NCBI RefSeq assembly: GCF_037042905.1
Contig: NC_087245.1
Location: 25,236,001 to 25,300,000, forward strand
Source of the DNA: Lytechinus pictus
Lineage: Eukaryota
Direction of reading: 5' to 3'
DNA: 64,000 nt
This document shows, in pieces, positions 27,824-41,302 of the stretch; within the stretch, counting starts at the first letter, position 1, and each line of letters begins with the position of its first letter. The position numbers and the translations under genes were made by a program. The notes beneath the pieces are model-generated. The model saw nothing but the letters and a program-made list of their open reading frames with translations, ran no database searches and was not told the DNA's origin.

Positions 27824-28960
27824 AGGTCAAGTCCACCCCAGACAATTCTTGATTTGAATAAATAGAGAAAAATCAAATGAGCGTAATGCTGAAAATGTCA
27901 TTGAAATTGGATGTAAAATAAGAAAGTTATGACATTTTAAAGTTTCGCTTACTTTTCACAAAAACAGTTTTATGCGCGACTCAGTGACATGCAAATGAGA
28001 GATTTAATGATGTCTTTCACTCACTAGTTCTTTTGTTTTTTTATTGTTTGAATTATCAAAAATTTCAATTTTTACAGATTTGACAATTTGACCAATATAA
28101 TATGTTAAAAGAATGGTAATTCCACATGTTCAGGGAGGAATAAACTCTGTTTCACAGGACAATGAGGGGAAAATTAGAATATTTAATGTTTCTCACAATG
28201 AAATATGAAAGAAATAGTGAGTGACATCATCGTCCCCTCATTTGCATACTGACCAGTATGTGCATATAACTATTTTGTGAAATTAAGCGAAAATTAAGAA
28301 TGTCATAATTTTCTTATACCCTTTTTACACAGGATTTTCTTAGCCCCGGACTATCGCTAACCCCGTACTATCCTTAACCCCGTACTATTTTTTTTCCTTT
28401 TCACACATGCCAAATTGTTATTGCTAACCCCGGATAAGGAATGCTTGCTTTTCACACACGAAACTCGCTAACCCCGGACTAGTGGTAGCTCATTCACTCG
28501 TACCCTTTTTACGCACGCTAAAATTTCCTTAACCCCGTACTATAGGTGGGGCTAAATAGGTGGGGCTAAATTGCCATTTAGCCCCACCTATAGTACGGGG
28601 TTAAGCTTAGCCCACTTTCGTTTTACACTAGCGATCTTAACCCCGTACTATCGCTCTTAGCACCGCAATTGCTGGGATAACCCTGCTTTTTTGCAGGGCC
28701 AAATAATCCCGTACTAAAGGTGGGGTTAGCCCACTTTGCAAAAATGCTGTGTAAAAAGAAAGTGGGCTAAGCTTAACCCCGTACTATAGGTGGGGCTAAA
28801 TGGCAATTTAGCCCCACCTATAGTACGGGGTTAAGGAAATTTCAGCGTGTGTAAAAAGGGTATTATTTTAAATCCGATTTTGATGACATTTTCAGTGTTA
28901 TGCTTGTTTTATTTTTATCTTTTTATTCAAACAAACTTGTTGTTGTGGAGGAATTGTCTT
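27824..28960. mobile_element. Second copy of the Kolobok-like family, opposite orientation, interrupted by a nested MITE; right end degenerate
   Basis: Starts TTAA|AGGTCAAGTCCACCCCAG and is colinear with the reverse complement of 9733-10323. Confidence 0.8.
28317..28862. mobile_element. Harbinger-like MITE nested in the Kolobok-like copy (546 bp)
   Basis: Perfect TIRs TACCCTTTTTACAC / GTGTAAAAAGGGTA and TSD TTA (28314-28316, 28863-28865). The empty site ttcttattttacatcc is present in the 9733 copy. The TAACCCCG[TG]ACTA motif is repeated internally. Confidence 0.9.
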
Positions 28961-29489
28961 CAAAAATTAGATACTCAGATTTGTTGCTGTAATTGTTTTT
29001 CGTTGAGTGGAAAAAGGTGAAATATTCTTTATTTGATCGGGCATGCTATCAAAATAAATTTTCTTCAAAATCGTAAAAATTCATTTCATGAAACACATTT
29101 TTATTTCATATTCTTCATAATGTAACTGTTTTTTAGCATAAACATTGGTACAACCTTGTAATGAATCAGAAAAAAATAATATTTACTTTTGAAGGGATTG
29201 ACCAAAATTAGAAAATAGACATATAGGCCTCTCAGTTTGACTGAATAATGTATTTCGTGTGATATAATTTCATGGTTGAATTTATTGGTAAAAATATTTC
29301 GGACACATTTTGAAAATCAAATGTTTGCTTTTTTAGTTACGTTTTTAGGAAATTGATAGAAGACATAAAAGTAAGATGGATTAAAGCGATGGGATATTGG
29401 AAGCTGTTGATTGAAGAGCATGGGGAAGATGACAGCCAAGTGGCTAAAGTAATGGGAGAAAGATGAGGTATATCAAGATGAGGGTAAAT

Positions 29490-30075
29490 TTAGGCAAGAT
29501 GTGTGTGTGTGTGTGGGGGGGAGGAATGAAGGGAGAAGAGGGAGAGGGAATAGATTGTTGAGATAACAGCCATTTGGAGAGAAGGGGAAGGAGGAGGAAA
29601 GTAGGGAGGAGGATGATGAATGGAAAAGAGGGATGGGTATTTTAGAGTAATTGAGAAAACAGCCAATGTGAGAGACGGGAAAGGAGGAGGAAGGGAGGAG
29701 GGCCAAAAAAATGGAGGGAGGGAGGGGGATAAGGGGGAGGGCTGGAGGGCCAGAAAAGGGGAAGAACAAGGCAGAAGGAGGGAAGAAGGATGGGGAGAAG
29801 AAAGCAAGGGAGTGAGGGATGAAGAAATGGGGAGACAGAGTGGGATAATGAGATTGATAGTTAAACGTTGAGAAGGAAGAGGTCAGAGGATGTAATGATA
29901 AAGATAATCACTAGAAGGAAAATATTAACTAAGGAAGAGAGAATGTAGGCCTACACTGTTATGGATAGACAGAAAGTAAGTGAGTGAAAGAGGGAGAAGA
30001 AAGAAGAGAGAAAAGGTAGAGAGAGAGAGAGAGAGTTAATAGGAAGAGGATGTGTGTGTGTGTCAGTGTGTGTAT
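29490..30075. repeat. Purine-rich (GA/GGA) low-complexity tract with (GT)n and (GA)n microsatellites just upstream of exon 30150
   Basis: Directly visible strand-biased G/A composition. Confidence 0.85.
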
Positions 30076-30149
30076 GTACAGACGGTGTAATGAAATAACC
30101 ATGTGATGTGTCATAAACCTGATATGTGTCATTCATCTTCCCCACACAG

Positions 30150-31128
30150 TTACCAAGCTCCAAGAGAAGTACGGCAGTGAAAGACCTCTCTCGTTTGACT
30201 CATCTGTCGACCGCCGAGCAGCCTATGCAAACTCCCAGAGTCGCTCCCTTAAAAGTCTAGATTCCAATGCGAGCAACAGGCCGGGTAGGTACAGCCAGGA
30301 TCGCTCGGCAAGCGGGTCACAGCATCCTCACAGGTCATCAGGTGACTTCACCTCAAGATCAGATAGCTTTGGTGGTTATCCATTGGGCAGCGGAACGCAA
30401 GATACCAAGCCGTCATCACATCATCACCCAGCAATGTCTCATTTACGCACTGGAGCTGCAACAGATGCTCAATCTCCGGGCAGGCATCGTGGTTTCCAAG
30501 ACGATCGGGGTAAAATAACGGCCGATCTGAAGCGCGGGAGCTCCGAGAGCGGGTACGGGAGTTTAGACAAGGATAAGATCAAGCGAGGAAATTATATTGG
30601 ATCTACTTCTGGAGACTCGAACCCAGTGAATGCTATACGGGATAAATATCTAGTCAATCGACCATTGTCAACAAGTAATGGGGATTCTTCTGCTTCTAGA
30701 ACAGGCTCATATGGATCACGTGCCATAGCAACCCCTCCTACATCTGTAAGTGATAGCCTTGCTAGAGCTCTTCACAGCGGGTCTGAGTCGGAGGACTCCG
30801 AATCGAGGGCTGCTCGCATCGCGAGATACAAGGAGCAACGCAGGCGGGAATTAGCTGAAAAGTACGGTCTTGGTCCCTCATCCAGCGAAGGAGAATCGTC
30901 ATCGAGGCGACGGTTCTCCAGCCAACAGGAAGAAGCCTCTCCAACTTCTGAAAGAGCAAGAAAACTGTCTAATGCCAGTGAAAGGAGTTCTAACTTGGAT
31001 ACTATCCCGTTGTCAAGGAGACACGCTAGCAGGGAATCTCTGTCCAGTATTACCGGTGAAGTGGAATCTATACATACTAATGGAAATACCTCACAGGATA
31101 ATTCACCAGCAACTACCCCAAGATTAAG
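30150..31128 (+). CDS. SVIL: Supervillin-like protein, internal coding exon (979 nt, phase 1 to phase 2)
   Basis: Acceptor cccacacag|TT at 30148-30149 and donor AG|gtgagt at 31129. The frame is open throughout (TKLQEKYGSER...ATTPRL). It encodes ESRAARIARYKEQRRRELAEKYGL (~30800-30871), closely matching the vertebrate supervillin N-terminal motif [24 protein letters not shown] as recalled. Confidence 0.9.
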
Positions 31129-33337
31129 GTGAGTGGAATTGTAGGCATACATCTTCATTCTGAATTTATATTACCCCATACTTCTAAATTAATGTACCAT
31201 TTTGTTCTGTAATATTATTATTCTTAGTTTAGATAGAGCTAAATATGACACTATAACCTGTCAGGTTCTTCCTGCTATGATTTCATAGTACAGTAGGGAA
31301 GAAGACTCTTATATGTTCAAATCTACAGTTGCATGACATTAAAGAAGTGTGAACTAAAAAGGTATATCATTGTTCTCTATATATACAGTATATCTTCTGG
31401 ATTATAAAGTTATCAAAAGGTAATAAAGGAAAACATTTGTTTTAATCACTTGCTCTATCAGTTATGTTAGACCTTTTCTATACCTGTTTGCAAAACTGAT
31501 ACAACAATTGGTATCATACTTCAAAAGAACTTGAAAGTACACCAGTACATCACATGACAACCCTGTGGTGACCCCAGTGTATGTAAAGTCACATGACACC
31601 CTTATCAATCTTATGATAAATGTCAGTCAGGGCACTAATTAATCTAAGACAGATCAATGTTTATTTATGTAGGTGCCTATATATCAAGGTGATGCATACA
31701 GCCTGCAAAGTTTATCTTTCCTGTCTTGGTAGAGGACCATCGCCTTCTGATTCCCCACACTTTGCTTGGATTACATGAAGTTTTTATATTGAAATAATCA
31801 TACATAATATTCATATCACTCAGAATACAAGTTGTTTTTTTTGTAAGCACTGAAATACATAAACAAGACAAGAGATTGTCTAACATTATAAAGATGGGAT
31901 GACCATAGAAAGATAGTTATTAAAAATGAGTTCAATAATGTAATGAGACGGCTGCGAAGGGATTGGGGTTACAAAATACAAAATAACATAATAGTAAGTT
32001 TACACAAAGTAAATATACAGACATTATGATATAAAAGATGGAATACTATAAGAAAAAATTGAATGGAATTGGTGGTGGTGATGATATTAACAAATTACAG
32101 AAGGAATTATCCAACAATTACAACAATTATAGTATTTGTATTCTTGTTATAAATATACACTTTTGTTCCCTTTTTTTCTTTTATGGTATTTGGCAATTCA
32201 AAATTTCATTGCATATTCCACAAGGTATTAGTCTAGTACAAATTTATGAAAGCCTTTCACTTCCTATTGAATAATTATTGAAATTACCTTTTCCATTTAA
32301 CATATATGTAATCAATTATCTCATATCTAAAAGTAAATGGATGTTTCGTTTACCTCTTATTTTATTTTATTTGTTTTGTTAGTTTTCTTCTGCATTTTAT
32401 ATTAACCCTAAGTACATAACTTTCATAAAAGTGTTTGAAAGAATAAATGTACATATATAGGAGTTAATGAATGGTACAGTTTAACAAGTATTATTAACAT
32501 GATAAGACAAGAAAATGAATCGATTTTAAGAAGGTCTTATTCTTGAGCTTTCATTCATGATAAATTCTATTAAGTAAAAACCACCCTAAGCACAAACTCA
32601 GTATGATGTCTTCACAAACTCCATACTTCAACAAAATGATGTCAAATGTCTTCATTACTCAAATTATCAAATCGTGAATTCATCTATGACATTAGCTGCA
32701 ATCCCCAGTGTCAGTTGCTTTTTCTTCAATAAAAGTGACATGATTGTGCATCCTGGGACAGTCAATACTACTAAAGCCCTTCATGTCCATTAATTTTACC
32801 ATGCTTTCCAGAAAGGAAGTCCATTTAGAGCAGGAATACTCTAGGGAATTAAATGTACCCTCTTCATTTATTTTGAGGCAAAAGAATATTTGGAAAAGTC
32901 TCTGACGCATCGACAGGGAAAGGATGTCCTACGAGGTATTTTTAAACCTTCAGACTTATTAAGAATTTTTTGCTTACTGGATCAATACTGCTTCTTAGAG
33001 ATTGACTTGTTATATTTCTCACGTTTCATGGATATGATAGCCTGCCTGTAAGGATCGGGATTGCACTGACCCGCCTTCCTACCTCTAAATCCTTGAAGTA
33101 TGACAGATATAAAATCCTAACTGATTTGTACAGGTTTTACTGTAGGGGGTACATGTAGGTCCCAGGATTTACTCCCAAGACAAGTCATTTGCCAGAGGAA
33201 AATATATATTTTTGCCCCATTATAGATGATTAAAATAAATGTCTCAGTTTTTCATCATAGAAATTAATTTTCAAAGAATTGAATATGTTTGCATAATTAT
33301 GCATGAATATTCATTGAATAAAAAAGGTTGCCTACAG

Positions 33338-33745
33338 CAGAGTGCTACATAAGCACTTGCCCGACTGCCTGGGGCAAGTATAAGTTACAGTTGGGCAAGT
33401 GTTTTGAAGTAAAGACCAAAACTACTTGCTCGAAGAGGGCAAGCAAAATTCTCACAGTTGAATGACCAAAATTAGGGTCGATATAAAATATTGACCTTAA
33501 TTTTGGTCATGGCAGGCAAGATAAAATCACTTTAGAAAAAGAAATGCAATAACAAAGTAGATCAGTTCATGTCAAGAGATAGAAAAGGTCAATGGTTTAT
33601 AAAACCGCAAAACTTTCTTCTTTCTTTTGAAGAGGTAACTTTTTTTTCAATGATTTTTTTCGGGCAAGTGAAATAGATTTTTGGGCAAGTATAATTCCAA
33701 CTATCTAAAAATTTACTTGCCTGACTGGGCAAGTGCTTTTAAAAA
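33338..33745. mobile_element. Probable DNA-transposon remnant (hAT-like CAG terminus) with GGGCAAGT subterminal repeats; right TIR not found
   Basis: Starts CAGAGTGCTACATAAG. About 9 GGGCAAG/CTTGCC motifs cluster at both ends, and there is an internal hairpin at ~33462-33510. Confidence 0.55.
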
Positions 33746-35944
33746 TTTAGAGAGAGGATGTTAAATTTAGAAAAAAAAGTCAATTTGTTAATCAATAATT
33801 CCCATTATTGTCCCTTTACCAATGCTACAGACAGTCTTACATTTTTTTTTCATTTTTCATGATTGTGATATTTATATTTATTATGTTGTGGGGCCTCTAA
33901 GGAGAACATTATACCAGTTTGCTATTGGAGCCAACCTCAGTAAAAAAAAAACATGAAAAAAATATGAATTAATGATTAAATAAATAAGTAAATAGAGAAA
34001 TAAATAAGTTAAAGCAAACAAATAAGTTGAAAACTATGTATCATTTTAGCTGTAAATACACATTACACTCTGAATGTAAAGTTAACAGTACATTAATAGC
34101 AATACCTTAGGGTTAGAGATGGGGGTCGACTTTTTAGATATTTAGATGTTGATTATATACATCACTATACAGGTGCAATGTAGGTCATTGGTTCCCCTCT
34201 TTTACATTCTTCCTGTATTATACAAGAGGTAGATTACCCTTAACGATGAATACCAAATCCAAATGTCAAACTTAATACACATACATCTATCAGTGTTATT
34301 AATTACAGCTCATGAAGTCCAGGTGATATTGATCCAATTACACTTGGTATATAATCTAGACATGAAGCCAGTAGTAGTGGTATATATATGTTCACATATA
34401 TACACACCCATCAGATATACCCATCTTGAATTCACATTCAACATACATGTGTATTATACATGTTTGTTTCTAATGTTGTAAGAACATCATTCAGCCATGT
34501 ACCATGGACAATGATACTAAAAATCACATTAACTTTATTCATTAAGTTAAGATGAGGTGTTTGGTGGACATGCCCAGCATGGCAACATTGAGAAAAAGGC
34601 ACTCACCAAGGCTACCACTAAGACATGATTATAAAAGGAAAGTGTTTTGGACAGGAGTGTTTCTTTGGTAAGAAGGTAGTTGACAATATGACTCCAGATT
34701 TGGTCATTCGAATGAATTTTGCTTCAAAGAAAAGTAAGATATTTTTATGCCTCAGGTTTGTTATTTTGAGTTGATCCCAATTTTTCCCATTTTTGTGTAC
34801 TGCCCTCTCTAGCTTCAGTTTGACCAACTAAATCTGAACAAAATGTTCTGTTGAAAAGTAAATCAAGGCATGCACAAAATATGAAGAAAAAAATTGTTAT
34901 ATTTCATTGATTTTGTGCTTAGTGCACTTGTCAGTTTTCATATCAGTTAGATCTTTCATGTACCCTGATACATTTCATAGGTTTGGAATATAGCTAGTTT
35001 GGCTGTGTAGAGTGCCCCGTTAAAATCTAGATTTAGATATCTTTTAAGATTTTACATCTGGATGTTTAAAAAATATATGATGTGTGTAAACTATAATGTC
35101 TCTTTCTTCACTCATCAGTATTAGCAAATTGATTACATCGTATTAGTATTACAATAATGATAATATTTGTCATTTATAAAGCTCAGTATCTATGGCCCGT
35201 TGTATGCCTTATATATAATCACTGTTCTTTAAATGACAATGTATACATGATATAAACCTGACAATAGCTGAATGTAAAGAATTTGTATGCATATGTACAT
35301 ATGTATTGACTGTATATCTCATATCTAACATTGTGAATTTTGTGAATATGTGAAATGTATTGCATATGTTAAAAAGACTCTCTAAACCAGGATGAAATAT
35401 ATTCATAATATTTGTAAAGATACTTTGTAATAGCTCTCCTAGAGCATTCACATTTAGATGACTTTGTAGGTATACGAACTAACAAGCATGTTGTCAACCA
35501 GAGAAGTTTACAATGAAAATTGTTTTAAATATCATTCAGGACTTGAGAAATAATGAAAGAGCATTATAAGTTTTGATTTTCATTTGATATTCTTTGTTTG
35601 GCTTTATTCCTAATCCCACAACAAGAAATAACAATTTCAGATTCAAACAAAAACAAAAATTAGCTTTTAGCAAAAATATTTCTTTTTTCAATTCATAAGA
35701 GGAGATTAATGAACTTTTGACAATTCAAGAAGAAACATTTTGGCTTCCAAAAATAAAGAATTGTATCGAAGATTTAGATTGTAATGTGTTACGGACCTTA
35801 GATTTTACCTTCTCAATGAACATTTCATCAAGATAGTTCAGTCTTAGAATGTCTTTATCAAACCATTAAGTATGTCATGAGGAAGTCCTGATCAATTCCC
35901 TTGATGACCAATGGATTATCTTAACAAGGAGACAAGATCCTTAA

Positions 35945-36410
35945 AGGGGAAATCCATCCCTCCCAAATTATAAAATATGGATAAGAAGAGAAAAATCAAT
36001 CAAGCTGAGAATTTCTTCACAATCAGATGTAAAATCATTTTCACGAAACAGGTACGCAAAACTGATTTATATGAAAATGAGCAAACAGATGGTGTAACAT
36101 TTTCACTATTTCTTTTGCTAACAATAGAGACCCTCTTGACTGGATCTCAAACTTTGTTTCATATTATAATGAGGAAAAAATGAAATATTCCATAAACACA
36201 AAATATAAAAAGAAACTGAGATAGTGAGACTGGAACACCACTGGCTACCTCATTTGCATATCGTCTTGTTTTGCATATAACCTTTTGGTGGAGACAGGTG
36301 AAACTTTGAAATGTGGTAGCTTCCTGATTTCACACCTGAGTTTGATCAAATTTTCAGCATTGTGCTTGATTTTGATCCAAATCATCTTTTTCGGGATTCA
36401 GTCTTTCCCT
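35945..36410. mobile_element. Degenerate (older) copy of the Kolobok-like family
   Basis: Starts TTAA|AGGGGAAATCCATCCC and contains diverged family motifs (cagatgtaaaat, ctcatttgcatat, aaactttgaaatgt, aaattttcagcatt). Confidence 0.6.
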
Positions 36411-36594
36411 GTATTGTTGTCTCCTTGGCATTCCTCATGACATCTACGCCCATATAGAAACATTAACTCTGTTATGCCTCCAACTTGTCTTGTTAGATGG
36501 TACTAATTAACACCCTGCATGTTTTCCTCTTCCCATAATTCCTTGCAACATCAACTGTCCTACGACTGCTTCCTCCTGGAAAACCACTCACCAG

Positions 36595-36684
36595 CCGGAA
36601 AGGCCGTAGGGATTCTAACATCTCCACGGAAACGCAGGATTTTATAGATGCCCTGGAGGCGTCCCGTGCAGCACGTAGAGAAAG
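36595..36684 (+). CDS. SVIL: Supervillin-like cassette exon (90 nt, phase 2/2): RKGRRDSNISTETQDFIDALEASRAARRE
   Basis: Acceptor caccag|C and donor AAG|gtaaca. It is a GC-rich, stop-free island whose phase matches both the 31128 donor and the 48331 acceptor. The ORF track does not show it. Confidence 0.72.
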
Positions 36685-39600
36685 GTAACAGATTGTAATC
36701 AACTAACATTCTCTATAGATCATATATTTATATACATATACATGTATGCATGAGAAAAGGAGGTCAAAACCCCCATCAAGGTTTTCAAGCACATCAAAAA
36801 AATTGTTGCGTTGCCCTCATCCGATTGACCTGAAAAATATGAAAAAAACAGGGGTTCTTTTTTTGCAGACCCGTAATATACAAATGCAATGTTTTAGTGA
36901 GAAAATGTCAGATTTGGGCAAAAAAAATTGCTCTAATTTGTATTCAATGGCTTTAAAAAGCACTAGAATATGTGTTTTGACTGCACATAAATGAATCATC
37001 CCACCCATGATTTTCTTTATGCAGTGCAGCAGTGACAATATAAAATAAAGAAAAGAAAATGAACTGACGGACCCAACTTTCTGATTTTGGCATATGAGGG
37101 CAACATAATGTTTGTAAAGGCCTAAAGATGAGTGAGTGCAAATCATACATATTCTGATTGGATCAGAGTATGTACACGCAAGATGCTTTCAAAAGCCTGG
37201 AAGGGGATGAAAGCTCCTTTGTGATGTTGAACCTAATATGTGTGTCTATTGGCTTTCCATGGGAACCTTTGTTTTGATTTGTTGCTGACCACTGTTTCCA
37301 TGGTTACTGATGATATGAAGGTTTCTCTCAATTGTCTAATAATGTATTAGCATCCACATTGCTTGAAAAAAGAAAAATGTGTTTTCGTAATGTGTTTCAC
37401 TGAACCTGAATGACTGTACTAGATAACATCATATTGCATGCTTCCTGTATTATGAGATTTTTTTTTCAATGTGGATGTACAGTATATCTAAGGGTATGTT
37501 GTATGAGAGTCTTTATTTCAACCGATTGTTTGGATTCAAGAAAATTGATTTGAATCAGTTGCAAACATCAAATACAAATCTGCAATAAAGAGATCAATTT
37601 TACCCAATTTAAATCAATTCATAATTCATAATGCAAGTATCCAACCTCCAATCAATTGCAATTTGCAATCAATTGAAATAATTATGATTATCATGATTTT
37701 AAATCAACATGCGAGTGATTATAAGTTTCATGCAGTGCCACCCAAGATGAATCGCTATCTACTGAAGATAACAAAATGTTTATCTTTAATGCAATGGGGG
37801 GAGGCACTTTTTTACAAAGCCATTCATAGAAATTTACAAACAACTATAATATGAAGTGCCAAAATGTGAGCCAAATAATTTGATTTACTTTAGGCCTAAA
37901 AATTATCAAATATACATCTAATATGCAATGGCTATGACTGAAGATAATTATCTTACAATTGAAATGTTTGAGTAATATATATGGCTTACCATATTCCAGT
38001 CATTTGTAAAATAATTATATACTTTATAAACAGTTATTATGAAACACTACCCAAGTGGCCAGTCGGATAGTTGTTATAAAAAGCTCATTAAACCTATGGC
38101 AACCTTGTCTCAACTTCCGCACTATTTTCTTTTTTTTTTCAAAGCATAACTATCAGCAATGCATTAAATCCCTATCTTCATCCTCTTTATCAATGGTTCA
38201 ATCGTTTTTGTGCTGTCTTTTGAAGTGAAGGCCGGTTTGAGGTGTTGAGTAGATATGCCAGCTGTGGTTTGATGTAGGCCTACTTACATGCATCATGTAT
38301 TGAACTTCTGCAGTGATCTATCAAGGGTCTTATTTCATATTCTTTGTAATGGATTTTGCTTGTTATTTTGTTGCAAAGGATTTTGCCTGCTTATAAATAC
38401 ACTTAAACATCTGAGTGGGGAATTCGACCCCACCAAGACTAAGCTTTTCATTTGATTTTTATATTAGAATAATCTTGAATCTAAACTAATGCTTTGGAAT
38501 AAAATTTTAGTTGACAATGTGGTGATTTTTTAATTTGATTTTCAAAAGAGTTGTCAAGTTGTATTGAAGTGACTTTTGTATGTTGATTTTTTCAATGCAC
38601 TTGAACAGACAAGATTCATGTATGATTATTTATGTCTTTTATTTCCTTTCCATGTCTCTTATTTTGTACCCCCTTCTTTGGTACCTCTGTGATTTGTTAT
38701 TTGATTAGTCTTATTGAATTGAGATTGATTTATAATTGACCTTTTCCGGGACTCTTGTCTTTTCCTGGAACCCCTCCATAAGATGCAGTATCATCCATGA
38801 CAAAATTATTGCTTTCTCAACAGAACTCATTTTCAGGGATGGTATTCTTGAATATAAGAGAACATCACTAAATTCTCTTAGATATCACAGATATATAACA
38901 TTTACTTCTTGTAACAATCCCTGGGCTCTAGTGTATGTTGATGGTTATAGTCTTAAAAAAAAATTGTTTTTGGTTTCAATGAAATTGTTTGGAAAAGTAT
39001 TAGCTGTGGCTCAAAGAAAAACGTAAGCATAGGGTATTGACTGTGGATTGGTGTCTGCAAACACAGCTAACATGTATCAAGAATTTCTTTTAAGATGAGT
39101 GCTTTGTTGCCGACATCAATTGCAGTTGGTGTTCCAGTTTATAAACATTAGAATGTGATGCATGACATCACCGCTAAACTAGGATTTCAAGAGGTAATTC
39201 TAGTCAGACTAAATACCAAACAATGGAGCTTAGTGTAAATGACATTTCAGACTGCATTGACAGTTATGTCATACAAATTAGATAAGTGAAACGCTAATCG
39301 AGGTATTTCCTGATGTGCCATAGGACGTGGAAATTGCGAAGAATTACTTGTGTGAATTCTCGTCCATTAGCGTGGCATAAATGGCATGCTCAAGCCTGCA
39401 TGGGGCTGGCTTACAGAGTTTTGGCCTGTACTGCATCACTTGTCGGACTCCTGAAAGTTATCAGTTGAAATTGTGTCCAGGAACTGTTTGCAACAGTATC
39501 TAAGAAGCGCAATAGATCTACTTGGAAAATGCTCTCTGTGGATAGGAATCTCAGTCATGACTTGTAAGTGTCATTTGTTCTATTCTATCTTTCTTCAACA

Positions 39601-40394
39601 CTTAGATTTATCATTTACAGGTATCACAATTTATCATTATTGCCTTAGCACTCTTAAGTTCTTTGAAAACAAACAAAGTAAAAAAACTTTAATGTGCCTA
39701 ATTGAATTATTATTTTTTTTTTTGGGGGGGAGGTAAATCTTTGATGTTTTAATTCGTTCGTTTTTTATCTAAAAGTAATTGTAAATCATGCATACCATGG
39801 TATATATATAACAAGGTTATATGCAATTTTAGTATTATCAATTGATGTTTTTCACATAATTCAGCTTTTCAAATTTTAATGATTAAAGGTGTTACCTTCG
39901 TCCACCATTTTTTCAAATCATATCTGAAGGTGAAGCATTGTATCGATTATGTATCACTCCCTCCAAAAATGAATTTTGTTATTTGATCACCTTTTATCTT
40001 TTTCTCTTTATGATCATTATTTTGTTTGTACAGTAATTTGACCCTCTGTACAATGTACAGTCAATAATTCCCCAAAATGACATATGTATGATTTTTCACC
40101 AACATTTATCACATGTTTTGCATTATAAACATTTTTAAAGACCATTTGTGTGCATCGGCAAAGTCAATATGACAATTAAGGAAACACTTTGCCTGATTGT
40201 AGAATGGGACACTTTATGGTCACTTTCATCTCAATTTTAATATTAATAATAATCACAAATTTTCTAAGAAAAACTATAATTTTGAGGCTCTTGTGTGATC
40301 AGACAACATGTTGAACCTGGCAAAGCTGTTCTCATAGCCTTTTTGTATGTTTACATAAGTTAATAGAGGCATGACCTGTTAATTATAAGAGGAG

Positions 40395-40510
40395 TATTAT
40401 TATGATTATTGTGATTATTTTTATTATCATCATTATTTTTATTAGTACAATTGTTATTGTTATTGTTATTATTATTATTATGATGATGATTATTATTATT
40501 ATTGTTGTTG
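40395..40510. repeat. Imperfect (TTA)n/(TTG)n microsatellite
   Basis: Directly visible. Confidence 0.9.
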
Positions 40511-41267
40511 TGTGGATATGAATTTATAGTCACTTGATTTAAGACCAAACCATTTGATCTGCCAGGTTGCTACATCAAATTGAGAATGTGGCCTTGATAA
40601 TATATTTTACAAAACCGAAGGTATTTGAACAAAAAATGGTACACTTTAACTTGATCCCTGTCATATTGAAACCTCACAATTAATTACACGTTTTCCTGCT
40701 GTTCACGCGGTAGGTGTTACAAGTCCAATGGGATCAAGTTGGCGCTACTATCCAGGGGGTACTTCCTTTTAAATTGACCTTTAACTGGATGAGGTGAAAT
40801 GATGAAGTGTTCTGGGAAGATGGGAGCTGGTAAAGTGAGAGCCCAAATTGGTATCAATTGTTACTTATTTGTAAAATCAGAAAATTATTATTCATTGGAT
40901 AAATTCTTCTATAAAAATCTATTTCAACATTTAAACAAAGATTAGAAATATATTAATGAACGTTTTATTTTCATGACATAATTTGTGAGCTGATGCCCCT
41001 AGCATTTGTATTATGAAATATATAATGTGCCGTTTCCTCATGATGAGTGAATTAATGGATTTTAAAGTTTAGGATTGGTGTGTCTAAATTCATTTTATGC
41101 AATAAAATAATTGGAATTTTCCTGATAAAATAGGAGTCATTTTTAGATCTCCAGTAAACTACACACAAATATATAATTGTCAATTTTATTTGTAGGAAAA
41201 GTTCAGATTGAATTCTGCCTCACAAAAAAATTGTGTATGATATACATTTACAATGATCAACATATGG

Positions 41268-41269
<2 letters not shown>

Positions 41270-41300
<31 letters not shown>
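41270..41300. repeat. (TA)n microsatellite
   Basis: Directly visible. Confidence 0.95.

Positions 41301-41302
<2 letters not shown>

Noticed and set aside
28340..28835. Repeated TAACCCCGTACTA units as a CRISPR-like array
   Set aside because: Spacing is irregular, both orientations occur, there are no unique spacers or cas genes, and the region is bounded by TIRs and a TSD. It is a MITE in eukaryotic DNA.
29473..29871. Pro/Ser-rich and Gly/Glu-rich ORFs
   Set aside because: They are products of a purine-rich low-complexity tract and lack convincing splice signals.
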